Part shown: one piece after another, positions 1 to 9,788 of the stretch | Layout: each line of letters starts with the position of its first letter | Position numbering within the stretch: the stretch's first letter is position 1 | Assembly (NCBI GenBank): GCA_938003835.1 | Contig: CALKXJ010000001.1 | Span: forward strand, 159,513-223,512 | Source: an uncultured Bryobacteraceae bacterium | GTDB lineage: Bacteria; Acidobacteriota; Terriglobia; Bryobacterales; Bryobacteraceae | Direction: 5' to 3' | Length of the DNA: 64,000 bases | Program-made: the position numbers and the translations under genes | The notes under the pieces: generated by a model | What the model saw: the letters and a program-made list of their open reading frames with translations, nothing else | Database searches by the model: none | Told to the model about the DNA's origin: nothing

Positions 1-650
1 GAAACGTAGCCCAACCCCGGTCCGGCCCAGCCCCATCCGTCAGTTTGGAAAACGCCGCGCGTGGGCGCCGCGCCGACGACGGTCAGCTTCCCTCCTCGCG
101 CCTGATAGCCGTAATGGAAGCCGTCGAAGCTGCGCCCGACGTGGGTGAAGCCGAACGGCCCGATCAGGCGCTCCCGGATCCGCGTGTTTTTCAGTGCAAC
201 CAGGGCCGGATTTTTCGGCGTCAGCTCCGCGCCGTCGGAGAGTTCGAACCGGCCGAGCTCGAGCCGGTGGCGGCTATTGTTGTGTCCGTGGAAGGCGATC
301 GAAGCCTGTCTGGGAAAGATCATCCCGGCGTTGCGTTTCAGGCCAGAATCCAGGAAGTAGTTGGCTCCCTGGCCGAGCGCTCCTTGCGGAGGAGGGGCGA
401 TCGCATTCGAGGGCAGCCCCAGGAGCACGGGCGCCGCCAGCTCCAGGTTCCAGTCCCACCGCGGCCGGCTCTGCCTGAGACCGAGCCGGATCAGGTTGCC
501 GCTAAAGGCATAACGGTTCTCGGCTGCGCTCCCGTACCAGTCCCAGATCTCGAGCCGGCTGCGCAGGCTGCCGTAGAAGGTGGCCTTGCGCGGCGACGCC
601 GCGTCGAGACTGGAAGCGAACACGAGGACAAGAACAATCGCGGTCCGCAT
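1..650 (-). CDS. Secreted/outer-membrane protein, N-terminal part only (alginate-export-like beta-barrel suspected); continues past window start
   Basis: Not in the ORF track because no stop lies in the window. Minus-strand ATG at 648-650 gives MRTAIVLVLVFASSLDAASPRK (signal peptide). The frame stays open to nt 1 with a W/Y/G/R-rich pattern (RSRLEIWDWYGSAAENRYAFSGNLIRLGLRQ). The listed 45-752 + ORF is an Arg-rich shadow. Confidence 0.6.
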   Translation of the reverse strand, partial: MRTAIVLVLVFASSLDAASPRKATFYGSLRSRLEIWDWYGSAAENRYAFSGNLIRLGLRQSRPRWDWNLELAAPVLLGLPSNAIAPPPQGALGQGANYFLDSGLKRNAGMIFPRQASIAFHGHNNSRHRLELGRFELSDGAELTPKNPALVALKNTRIRERLIGPFGFTHVGRSFDGFHYGYQARGGKLTVVGAAPTRGVFQTDGWGWAGPGLGYV

Positions 651-748
651 CGAGAACGTCGCCCCATTCTATTCGGGGCCGGGCGCCAGGGAAGTAACCC
701 GAGTCACAAGCAGCCCGGGTCGGATACACTGAATCGGAACGAAATGCG

Positions 749-2008
749 ATGAGAGTTCTTGCCGCGCTGCTGCTGCTGCCTCTCGGTTGCCTGCCCCAGG
801 CCCGCTACGAACTGGTGCTGAAGGGAGGCCACGTGATCGACCCGAGGAACAAACGCGACGGCGTCTTCGACATCGCCGTGCGCCAGGGGCGCGTCGCCGC
901 CATAGACCGGAACCTCTCGGGCGAGCGGGAGATTGACGTCTCGGGCCTTTACGTGACTCCGGGCCTCATCGATCTGCACGTCCACGTCTTCTATAACACC
1001 GCCATTCCCGACGCTTGGGCGGGCGACAACAGCGTGCAGCCGGACGCCTTCAGCTTTCGCACGGGCGTCACGACGATGGTCGATGCCGGCAGCTCCGGCT
1101 GGCGGAACTTCGAAGCCTTTCGCACGACGGTCATCGACCGCGCCAAAACGCGCGTCTTGGCCTTCATCAACATCGCCGGTTACGGCATGATCAGCGACAT
1201 GGTCGAGCAGGGCGACTTCGACCCGGCCCAGGTGGCACGCCTGGCCCGCAAGCACGCCGACGTGGTGGTGGGCGTCAAGACCGCTCACTATCGCAAGCCC
1301 GACTGGGAGGCGGTAGATCGCGCCGTCGAAGCCGGCCGGCTCGCTGGGTTGCCGGTAATGGTCGACTTCGGCAATTTCCTGCCTGAGCGCCCTTTCTACC
1401 GGCTTGTCGGGGAGCGGCTGCGCCCCGGCGACATCGCCACGCACATGTTCCGCGCCCCGGTGCCCTGGGTTGACTCATCCGGCAAGCTGTACGGCTATCT
1501 CGGCGAGGCGCGGCGACGCGGCGTCCGCTTCGATGTCGGCCACGGCGGCGGGAGCTTCGTCTTTCGCAACGCCGCTCCCGCCGTCGCGCAGGGCTTCTAC
1601 CCGGATTCGATCTCGACCGACCTGCACACGGGCAGCATGAACGGCGCCATGATCGACATGCCGACGACCATGTCGAAGATGCTCGCCTTGGGCATGCCTC
1701 TCATCGAGGTAGTCCGCGCCTCCACCTCGACGCCGGCCGAAATGATCCGGCGGAGCGAACTTGGTCATCTGGGCGAAGGCGCGCCGGCCGACATCGCCGT
1801 CTGGCGGCTCCAGAAAGGTTCCTTCCGGTTCGCTGACGCCGGCGGCGGCGCCCTCTCCGGCGATTCTCGCCTGTTTTGCGAGCTGACGGTCAAAGCGGGC
1901 CAGATCGTCTGGGACTGGAACGCGCGGGCCGCCGTGGAGTATCAAAAGCTCGGTCCGGTTTACGGCATTCGCCCCGGCGTCGATTCAATCCTCCCGCCGC
2001 GTCGCTGA
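749..2008 (+). CDS. Amidohydrolase/deacetylase-family metallohydrolase, exported
   Basis: 419-aa ORF with signal-like MRVLAALLLLPLGC. Has the HxH metal motif GLIDLHVHV and an amidohydrolase-superfamily layout. Confidence 0.8.
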   Translation: MRVLAALLLLPLGCLPQARYELVLKGGHVIDPRNKRDGVFDIAVRQGRVAAIDRNLSGEREIDVSGLYVTPGLIDLHVHVFYNTAIPDAWAGDNSVQPDAFSFRTGVTTMVDAGSSGWRNFEAFRTTVIDRAKTRVLAFINIAGYGMISDMVEQGDFDPAQVARLARKHADVVVGVKTAHYRKPDWEAVDRAVEAGRLAGLPVMVDFGNFLPERPFYRLVGERLRPGDIATHMFRAPVPWVDSSGKLYGYLGEARRRGVRFDVGHGGGSFVFRNAAPAVAQGFYPDSISTDLHTGSMNGAMIDMPTTMSKMLALGMPLIEVVRASTSTPAEMIRRSELGHLGEGAPADIAVWRLQKGSFRFADAGGGALSGDSRLFCELTVKAGQIVWDWNARAAVEYQKLGPVYGIRPGVDSILPPRR

Positions 2009-2047
2009 CCCCGGCAGGGGGAGAATGGGGGCAGGGAGGCGACGGGC

Positions 2048-3853
2048 GTGGGAGCGGACGATGCTTTGAGCCGCCGTCAGTTCCTACTTCCGCTCGCGGC
2101 CGGAACGCTAGTGCGCTGGTCGACCACGGCGGCTGGCCGCCGGATTGCGCCCGAGGACGAGATCCGGCTGGGCAAGGACGGCTTGCTGCGCTCCGCCGCC
2201 GGGCGCCTGTATTTTGCCCTCGGCGGTTTCCACGCCAACGTCCTGCCGCTCGCAAGGCTCGAGCTGAGCGAAGCGGAGATGGAGCGCGTGCGGCCCTTCA
2301 TCTGGTCGGCGCAGCTGACCGACGGGCAGGGCCACGTCGACCTCTGGGACGCCTCCGACGAAATGATGGACCAGTGGTTCCGGCAGCTCGCCGCCGATGG
2401 CGTCACCGCGCTGCGCCTGTTCGCCAGGGCGCGCGTGGGCGACGACGTTCTCGACTTGTGCGGGAAGTTGAATCCCGAGCTCAGGCAGGTCTTCCACCGG
2501 GCGTATGCGGTCGGGCGGCGCTACGGCATCCGGTTCCTCCAGCAGATCTTGCCGGAGCCGGGCTCGTCGGTCTACGTCCGCCGGAATTCGATCGAGCGGC
2601 GGGTGCTACCGAGGTATAGCAGGGAAGAGCTGGCGCGTTTGAGCCCCGCGCAGAAGGCGTTCATCGAGGGCGGCAAGCGGGTCACGAGGAAGGAATTTTT
2701 CTCGGACCCGGATGTTCTGGCCTGCCAGAAGCAGTATCTCGAGGAAGCGATGGACTGGATCGCCGGCGAGCCCCAGGTCTTCGCAGTGGAGATTTACAAC
2801 GAGCAGGGCTGGGACGGGCGGCGCTTTCAGTTTCCGCTCGAAGATGCCGAAATCCGCTGGTCGCGGGAGATTGTGCGGGCGATCAAGCAGCGGCTGCCGC
2901 GCATGCTGGTGACGCTTTCGCACCCGGGCTTCGGCATAACCGGCTACGATCCGTTCAAGTGGGTGCACGCCGCCGGAGTGGATTTCTATTCGCCGCACGC
3001 CTACGCGGGCTTAAGCGGGGAGAACGAGAAGATCGACTTCGCCGCGGCGACTGCGGCGAGCAGCCGCATCATGAACGCGGGCATCCCGAGTTTTTACGGT
3101 GAGTGGGGGCTCTTCAACAGCCCGGTTCCGGCCAAGCTCAAGCGCTCGAGTCACCGCGACGCCATCTGGCTGTGCCTGCTGGGCGGCGAAGCGGGTTTCC
3201 TGCAATGGACGAACGAATTCCCGGAGGAGTACCGCTGGCCGGCGCGCCTGCTGCGGGCGCTGCCCGTCGATTTCCGGCCCGAGCGGCCGCCGGTGACGGT
3301 CCAGATCGGCGAGCTCTACCGCAGGTTTCAGGACAACACGCGCTACGCGACACTCAAGCCCGGAGAGTTTCCGGGGTTCGAACTGAACCGGGAGAAACAG
3401 AAAGACGAGAATCTCCAGAGGATCTTCGCGGCGTACTGGAGGTCGCTCGAGGTGGGGATTCCGATCCGCTATTCTCTCGAGCGCGGCGAGGGGATGGCGG
3501 TGGAGGAGTTCCTGAAGCTCGAGCCGGAGCGCGTGCGGCGCCCGGTTCAGGCGCGTGGCGGCTATCAGCTAGCCTGGCTCAAGGACGCGCGAAATCCGCT
3601 CTGGATCGCTTATTTCCGCACGAGACGCCTGGAACGGTTCGGCTCGCACTGGGTGGGGGTGCCGGAGGCGGCGCCGCTCGAAATCCGCCTGGAGGTGCCG
3701 GAGAAGCGCTTGACGGCGCGGCTGCTCAACTTCAACACCGGTGCAGTGGAGACGCTCGAGCTGGGGGGAAGAAGCACGATTCCGGTTTCCTCCACGACGA
3801 GCGATGACTATCTGCTGGTCGTCACCGGCCGGCGGCTGCGAATCGAGTTTTAA
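2048..3853 (+). CDS. Secreted glycoside-hydrolase-like TIM-barrel protein (clan GH-A / GH5-like)
   Basis: 601-aa ORF with a GTG start and a twin-arginine-type leader (SRRQFLLPLAAG). EIYNEQGW (NE acid/base-like) and YGEWGLF (nucleophile-like) motifs. Confidence 0.55.
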   Translation: MGADDALSRRQFLLPLAAGTLVRWSTTAAGRRIAPEDEIRLGKDGLLRSAAGRLYFALGGFHANVLPLARLELSEAEMERVRPFIWSAQLTDGQGHVDLWDASDEMMDQWFRQLAADGVTALRLFARARVGDDVLDLCGKLNPELRQVFHRAYAVGRRYGIRFLQQILPEPGSSVYVRRNSIERRVLPRYSREELARLSPAQKAFIEGGKRVTRKEFFSDPDVLACQKQYLEEAMDWIAGEPQVFAVEIYNEQGWDGRRFQFPLEDAEIRWSREIVRAIKQRLPRMLVTLSHPGFGITGYDPFKWVHAAGVDFYSPHAYAGLSGENEKIDFAAATAASSRIMNAGIPSFYGEWGLFNSPVPAKLKRSSHRDAIWLCLLGGEAGFLQWTNEFPEEYRWPARLLRALPVDFRPERPPVTVQIGELYRRFQDNTRYATLKPGEFPGFELNREKQKDENLQRIFAAYWRSLEVGIPIRYSLERGEGMAVEEFLKLEPERVRRPVQARGGYQLAWLKDARNPLWIAYFRTRRLERFGSHWVGVPEAAPLEIRLEVPEKRLTARLLNFNTGAVETLELGGRSTIPVSSTTSDDYLLVVTGRRLRIEF

Positions 3854-3875
3854 GAAACGGCCGCCGCTGCCCCGG

Positions 3876-5807
3876 CTAGCTCCGGTACAGGGCCGTCAGC
3901 CGCTGGATGTTGCGGTCGTGAATCTTGACCTTCTTTTCCTGAATCAGCCGGGCCAGGATGCCGTCTTCGAACAGCTCCTTGCGCTCCTGCGCCTTCTGCC
4001 GGCGCAGGGCGTTGAGGATCTCGTTGCGCTCCTCCTTGAGCTTGCTCATGTCGGCCTCGACGCGCTTGGTGACGCGGACCACCAGGACCTGACCGGCGGC
4101 ATTGATCGGACCCACCACTTGGCCCACCGGCGCCTTGAAGGCCTCTTCGAGGTAGACCGTGGAAGTGATCCCCTCGACGGTTTCTCCCCGGCCGAACTCG
4201 GAGGTGCTCTTCACCGACAGCCCGAGCGCCCGGGCGATCTTCTCGAGGTCGCCGCCCGAGCTCTTCACCAGCTCCTCGAGCCGCTTCGCCGTCTGCTGCA
4301 TCATCTCCTGCGCCTTCTGCGTGATCAGGGTTTCCCGGATCCGGTCTTCCACTTCGGCGAACTCGGCCTGCCGCGCCGGGAAGACCTCGGTGACGGCGGC
4401 CACCACCAGGCGGTTCGTCCCCACCTGGACCACCGGGGTCACGCCTCCCTTGGCCAGCGAGCCGACTGCCTCCTCCAGGTCCGCGCCACCGCCGATGCCG
4501 GGAATGGGGTCGCCCGGGGTGAATTTCTCCAGCCGGAGGAAGCGCAGTCCCAGGCGGTTGGCGATCTGCTCGCCCTGCGTCGGATTCTTCATGAGCTCGG
4601 CGCGCGCCTGGTCAGCCAGCTCCTGCATCCGGTCGTAGACCCGTTGCGTCGACTCTTCCTTGGCCAGCTCTCCCTTCACCTCTTCGAATGGCCGCAACCG
4701 CGCCGGCTCTTTATCGAGCACCTGGATGATGTGGTAGCCGTACTCGGTCACGATGACGTCGCTGAGTTCGTTCGGCTTCAGTGTAAAAGCGGTCTTCTCG
4801 AAGTTCTCCACCGTCTGCCCGCGCACGATCCAGCCGAGATCGCCGCCGTTGTCCCGGGTGCCCGAGTCCTCCGAATGGGCTTTGGCCAGCGCGGCGAAAT
4901 CCGCTCCGGCCTTGAGCTGCTTGAGAAGATCCTCGGCCTGGGCCTTGGCCTTGGCCTTCTCTTCGTCGCTCTTACCTGCGGTCATTAGCAGAATGTGACG
5001 CGCCTTGACGCGCTCCGGCGTGCGGAAGCGCTCCTGCGAAGACTGGTAGATGCGGCGCAGCTCCTCGTCCGGAATCTGAATCGCCTTGGCCACGCCCGCC
5101 TCTTCGACCACGATCAGATCAACGTTGCGCTTCTCGCCGATCTGGAAGCTCGCCTTGTTCCGCTCGTAGTAATCCTTCAACTCCTCGGCGGTCACGCCCA
5201 CCTTGGAGCGGAAGTCGCTCGGGGAGACGCTCACATAGTCGAGTTTGATCTTTTCGTGTCTTCTCCGGAATTCCTCCTCGATTTCGCGGTCGCTCACCAC
5301 AACGCCCTCGAGGACCAGGTTGAAGAGCCGCGTCAGCAGGATCTGCTTCCGCACGTTCCGCTCGAACTCTGGGATGCTCATGTTCATCTGCTGCGCCACC
5401 ACCTGCGCGTAGACCTCCCGGCCGACGAACTTGCCGTCCTGATAAAGCTGCGGCATCATGCTCTCGACCACCAGGGCGACGTCGGCGTCGGTGACCCGGA
5501 AGCCCAGGCGTTCGGCCTGGTAGGCGACCGCGCGGTCGGCGATCATCTGGTTGACGATCAGGGGCACATAGACGCCTGCCATCTCGCGCGGAAAGGCGTT
5601 GTTGCGCAACTGTTGCTGAACGATGATCTGGACCTCGCGCGCCGTGAGGACGTCGTCGCCGATTTCAGCAATGATGTTCTCCGGGGCGAACTCGGCGCCG
5701 ACGAAACCCGGGATCAGCGTCACCACCATGGAGATGGCCACCAACATCAGCAGCGCCCCGAGCAGATAGCGCACCGCCTTGGCGCGGCTGCGGAACAGAT
5801 CAAACAT
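3876..5807 (-). CDS. ppiD: Periplasmic chaperone / peptidyl-prolyl isomerase, PpiD-like (SurA-N plus parvulin domains)
   Basis: 643 aa with N-terminal membrane anchor AVRYLLGALLMLVAISMVV. Parvulin signature RHILL...DLGWIVRGQTV...YGYHIIQV. Confidence 0.8.
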   Translation of the reverse strand: MFDLFRSRAKAVRYLLGALLMLVAISMVVTLIPGFVGAEFAPENIIAEIGDDVLTAREVQIIVQQQLRNNAFPREMAGVYVPLIVNQMIADRAVAYQAERLGFRVTDADVALVVESMMPQLYQDGKFVGREVYAQVVAQQMNMSIPEFERNVRKQILLTRLFNLVLEGVVVSDREIEEEFRRRHEKIKLDYVSVSPSDFRSKVGVTAEELKDYYERNKASFQIGEKRNVDLIVVEEAGVAKAIQIPDEELRRIYQSSQERFRTPERVKARHILLMTAGKSDEEKAKAKAQAEDLLKQLKAGADFAALAKAHSEDSGTRDNGGDLGWIVRGQTVENFEKTAFTLKPNELSDVIVTEYGYHIIQVLDKEPARLRPFEEVKGELAKEESTQRVYDRMQELADQARAELMKNPTQGEQIANRLGLRFLRLEKFTPGDPIPGIGGGADLEEAVGSLAKGGVTPVVQVGTNRLVVAAVTEVFPARQAEFAEVEDRIRETLITQKAQEMMQQTAKRLEELVKSSGGDLEKIARALGLSVKSTSEFGRGETVEGITSTVYLEEAFKAPVGQVVGPINAAGQVLVVRVTKRVEADMSKLKEERNEILNALRRQKAQERKELFEDGILARLIQEKKVKIHDRNIQRLTALYRS

Positions 5808-6771
5808 GGACGGGATTCTCCTGTGAGTTTGCTTTCAGTATAACGAACCGGCCACGCCCCTATCTGTATCGAAAACCTCAGCCGAGAGTCCGCCGGAGGC
5901 CGAGGGCGCCCGCCGTGCCGGGGAACGCTCGAATCCGACGGAGACGCGCGGGCGGGTGACGGGCAACGCTGGCCTGCCATCCTTCCTCGGGCAAGGAGGT
6001 GGCGTTGTCAGGCGCACCCGCCTTGGTGAGGGGGCAGGGGCTCCGGGGGCTTGAAGGATTGCGGGCAAATCTTCAAGTCGGCCGTTCTGGTTCGGCTCGG
6101 CCCGCCGCGGCGATTCGCCTGCCGGCTAAAGCCAACCTCCTAAAGCCTACTCGGCAATCCAGAACGATGCCAACGGGTTCGCGAAAGTCGCCCGACCGAT
6201 CTTTGCGCAGACAGGAAAGTTGTCAAGCCGAGTAAAGATTCTCGGAAAGTAGCCAGGACAGAAAACTGTCTAGAGGGATACCTGATGCCCCGAAGATATG
6301 CCCCGCTGCTCTGGGCTAAGAAGATCAAGCCCGGCAGCGCACCCATCAGGCCTGTCCCTGGCGCCCGGCGGTTGCGGCTTCAGGCCCGTTGTGAGTTGCG
6401 CACATGGGCGCGATTCCGTTTGGCGTGTTGAGCGGTGAGGAGAGCACAGGGATCTCCCCGTGCGGGGACTGGCATTGCTCTCGAGAAAAGCCGAGATTGG
6501 AGCCCTTGAACAACTGTGTGACGCCGTTCGCCGGGCCGATCCCTTTGATCGCGAAGGCCGACGTCGTCCGCAAGCGCGCCGAAGCGTTCGAGGGCGGGCG
6601 GGTCATCCGTTTCCCCTGTCCGCCCCGCCCCAACGCGTCGCCCGGAGTCGAACCGGTGGAGTTTAGCTTTCGCGATTCTACCCTGATGCGGATTCGCCAG
6701 GGCCGCCTTTCTGGTGTCGAGCAATTCGTGAGGGTGATGAATCACGAAGTCGACCATCACGAGCCGGTCTT

Positions 6772-7092
6772 TTAGTAAAGGGATTCAAGCACCCCAGGCC
6801 CCGAGAAGCAACGCTTGGCCGTCCGGCTCCTGCGGCGGTCGGGCGCTGATCCTGGCTTTCGACATAGGTGCGGTAAATGGGGAAGAAGGCGACCAGCCTT
6901 GTCAAGGTGATGAGAAAGAAGCAGATGATTGGTGTGATCAAAGATCGACGAACCGGGCACATCGCGCAGAATTGCGGCGCGCTCCGCGAGGGTTCGGGCG
7001 CGCAGGCCGGTCAACTCCACCAATCGGCGTTCCGCGCAAGAACGTGTAAAAAAGAAGCTTGCAGGGTGAACTTTCGAGGCGGACGTCGGCAA
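6772..7092 (-). pseudogene. Possible decayed DUF5752-like small gene
   Basis: TTG-start 106-aa ORF. The N-terminal half, FFFTRSCAERRLVELTGLRARTLAERAAILRDVPGSSIFDHTNH, recalls the DUF5752 pattern (from memory only). The C-terminal half is Arg-rich nonsense (CRKPGSAPDRRRSRTAKRC), consistent with a frameshift. Confidence 0.3.
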
Positions 7093-7747
7093 TCGCTCCG
7101 CCGCCCGTTACCCTGCTTTGGGGGCCCTCAGGGCTCCGCAAAGGGGCTCGGAGTCGGCTGGAATCGGGCGGAAGAGCGTGCCCCCTGTTTCACCCGAAGG
7201 CGATGAAGCGTCACCGCTTGCTGTGAGGGCTCAAGCGAAGAAATTCAGGAGCTTTCCCGCCGAAGGCGAATCGGAGTTCGCATACGGACTGCCGAACCGG
7301 CCGGGGAGGGTAACGGCTTGTGCGGGCGCATGAGATCTCTGCTGGCGCGGGACTGCTTCAATGCGCTTCAAAGTGTGAAGCGGCGCTCCCAGGGAAATCG
7401 ACGGCGACGGGGCCTTCCCGGCGCGGCCCGGCTGGGCAAGCTGCCGGTATCCACCGTGCCGGGGAAGTACGGGAACGATTTTGGGCCGGTCTTACATTTT
7501 CGGGTTCACGCCACAAGCGTCCGGAAATGCCCCAGGAGGCCAAGAAATTGTTCGATCGGGTGATGGCGAACGCCCGCAAATGCCTCCGGCTCCGGCTCCC
7601 TTGCGGGTACGAATCGCTGCCGACGAGGCTTGCGTGGCGGCGGCCGATTTGAAGTCCCGCGTCGAGGCACAATCCTCTCAAGCACGAGAGCGGTTAGAAA
7701 TGGCCGCTGTTGGCGTCTGCCGTGATGCCGTGGATGGCCGCCACATC

Positions 7748-7779
7748 CCTTCCGGAAAGCATCCGATCATGCTTCGGAA
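7748..7779 (-). terminator. Interrupted 12-bp hairpin about 30 nt downstream of the TDT transporter gene; no U-tract
   Basis: Plus strand CTTCCG-GA-AAGCAT ccgatc ATGCTT-CGGAAG: two 6-bp helices with a 2-nt bulge. Confidence 0.3.
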
Positions 7780-7809
7780 GACTCCGTGCCTCCGTCTGCC
7801 GGCAAACGT

Positions 7810-8913
7810 TTATCGAGCGGGCGCCGCCGGGGCCGGCGGACCCAGCAGAGCTCCTGTATATGTCGCAGCCGCCGTTCGCACGACTACCACCACCCAAAAG
7901 AAGACAAGCAACACCCAGAGAGCAAAACCGAAGACTCGCAGGGGGGCGCTACCGTAGGCGTCCGCCAGGAGGTAGGTGGCCACGGTAAAGGCACCGAGCG
8001 GGAACGTGAACGCCCACCAGCTCATCGCAAACGGGAACGGTTCGCGAAGATAAGAAACCGTAAGGACGATCGCTGAGACCAGCCACCACACCCCGAATCC
8101 CCAGAGCGATACGGAAGCCAGCCCCAGAAAAACGCGGGCTGCGTCGGCGTGCGCTCCGAAGAGGGGACTTGCTGTGCTGGATAGCCGCACCAGCGAGAGG
8201 CTTCCCACCCCAATTGGTCCTAGGCCGATCCACAAGGTCGGGGCCAGGTGAGGGTGAGGTAACGGATGATAGATCAGCCGCGCGATGAGTAAGACCGTGA
8301 CGATGAGAAACAGGAAGAAGCCAATCCCGAAGAAGGCAAAAGAGACCAGGCACATGAACGAGCACAGCGCCGCCGACCCCCAAGTGGCGATCAAGGGCGC
8401 GGCACTCGCCGGCACGACAATGTTGGCCACTGGCGGCATGAACCACCCGCCGTTGGTTTGCTCGACCGCGACAGAGGGACTGCTGAACCACCGGAAGGGA
8501 ATGAGAACTCCGAAGAAGAAAGCCAACAGGGTGCCCGCGACCCATAGGCCCTGGGCGATCGGGATGGCGACGCTGGTTCCCAGGTACGAGCGAGCGATGG
8601 CTGAGAAGTCCACCCCCAGAACGAGCAACCCGATGGGCAAAGTGGAGTAAAACGGGCCTCGGGTAGGGTGAGAAACGTCGGCCCACGCCTCGTCAAAGTA
8701 AAGAACCCACCGCGCAATCCAGGGAACGAGAAGTATCAGGCAGAGAGCCGTGTTCAGAGCCCACAGGCCTAGCGCCACGCCCCCCAGAAAGGGAGCAAAC
8801 GGGGCCGAGTGCGCCGTAGCCACGGCCAAGATGCCGGTTCCCATGACCGAAGCGAACCAACCGGGATGGAAATATCGCAGGGCGTCTGATGGCCGAGCGA
8901 GTTGATTCCACAT
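7810..8913 (-). CDS. TDT-family (TehA/Mae1/SLAC1-like) anion or dicarboxylate transporter
   Basis: Polytopic membrane ORF with the family N-terminus RYFHPGWFASVMGTGILAVA. I prefer the ATG at 8913, which is preceded by AGGAGG at 7-nt spacing, over the track start at 8973. Confidence 0.8.
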   Translation of the reverse strand: MWNQLARPSDALRYFHPGWFASVMGTGILAVATAHSAPFAPFLGGVALGLWALNTALCLILLVPWIARWVLYFDEAWADVSHPTRGPFYSTLPIGLLVLGVDFSAIARSYLGTSVAIPIAQGLWVAGTLLAFFFGVLIPFRWFSSPSVAVEQTNGGWFMPPVANIVVPASAAPLIATWGSAALCSFMCLVSFAFFGIGFFLFLIVTVLLIARLIYHPLPHPHLAPTLWIGLGPIGVGSLSLVRLSSTASPLFGAHADAARVFLGLASVSLWGFGVWWLVSAIVLTVSYLREPFPFAMSWWAFTFPLGAFTVATYLLADAYGSAPLRVFGFALWVLLVFFWVVVVVRTAAATYTGALLGPPAPAAPAR

Positions 8914-9307
8914 ACTCGAACCTCCTGCCGAACCGGCGCTCGCAGCTTCGGATCGCGCCGTTCCGCAATTCACTGACTGGGATTTTCCATTTCCGACTCG
9001 CCGCCGCGAACCTCAAGGCACTCCCCTCCGCTCGGCCGGGCCTTCCCCTTTCTGCTCCCGGCCACGGAGATTCTACATCCCACTACCGGCCGTGTCAACC
9101 CCCAAAGCTCTTTGCTCGCCCCGGCTCCTACTTGCTCCGGCAGGAGGTGCTCGTGCCGCCTCCCCCGCGCCTTAGAATGGGGAGTACTGGGGCGGCCCGG
9201 GGGACAGGAAACCGAAGTTCGGCTCCCTCCAGGTCCGCCGAACCCACGGTGTCGACCGGTTGCCGTCGCAGGGAACTGTTGTCGCAATTCGTAAAGGAGG
9301 CTCTTCC

Positions 9308-9691
9308 ATGTCGCATTCATCCCCATCCGCGCCCGACGATCTGGGCAAGCTGTTCCGGCGAGAGAACATTCCGGCCTATCTGGCGGTGATGGGTGCCTGG
9401 GCGTGTTGCTCGGCTGTGGCGGCGGCGATCCTCAAGAGTGCGCTCGCGCCGGCTACGCCATGGCTGACGGCGCTTCTCTGGTCGGCGCTCGCCGTCATGG
9501 CGGGCATGGCGATCATGTTCGTCGCGAGCGTGATCAATCTCAGAAAGATGCGCGAGGGTTTCGAGCGCCTCGCCAAGGGCGAGCAAGATCCTGCCATTCC
9601 TCCCGTCTGGTGCCCGGTGTTGACCATGGCCAGAGAGGCGGCCGTGCGTCTGCGCCGCTCGTTGCCGCCGCATCCGGCGGAAGACCGCTAA
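9308..9691 (+). CDS. Small two-TM membrane protein with a HAMP-like stub
   Basis: ATG at 9308 preceded by AAGGAGG. Two hydrophobic segments, then INLRKMREGFERLAKGEQDPAIP. Confidence 0.55.
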   Translation: MSHSSPSAPDDLGKLFRRENIPAYLAVMGAWACCSAVAAAILKSALAPATPWLTALLWSALAVMAGMAIMFVASVINLRKMREGFERLAKGEQDPAIPPVWCPVLTMAREAAVRLRRSLPPHPAEDR

Positions 9692-9788
9692 GCGGCGCGG
9701 CGAATCCCGCCATCCCGCCGGGCAGTCCATCGCCGCAAATGTGTCCGCCAGCCCTGGAGACGCTTCTCGCAGCAGAGGCAGCCGTCGA

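Noticed and set aside
7104-7315. A 10-bp inverted repeat, CCGTTACCCT (7104-7113) and AGGGTAACGG (7306-7315), that could close a ~210-nt structured RNA in the ORF-poor gap.
   Set aside because: For 64 kb, with pairs allowed within ~300 nt, on the order of ten or more exact 10-mers of this kind are expected by chance. I recognised no RNase P, SRP, tmRNA, 6S or riboswitch consensus inside.
9150-9307. A GC-rich, stem-prone leader upstream of the small membrane protein gene (ACTGGGGCGG...CCGCCGAACC), which superficially recalls ZTP-type riboswitch boxes.
   Set aside because: The conserved ZTP boxes as I remember them (GACTGGCG ... CCGCCTGGGC) do not match well. This cannot be supported without a covariance-model search.
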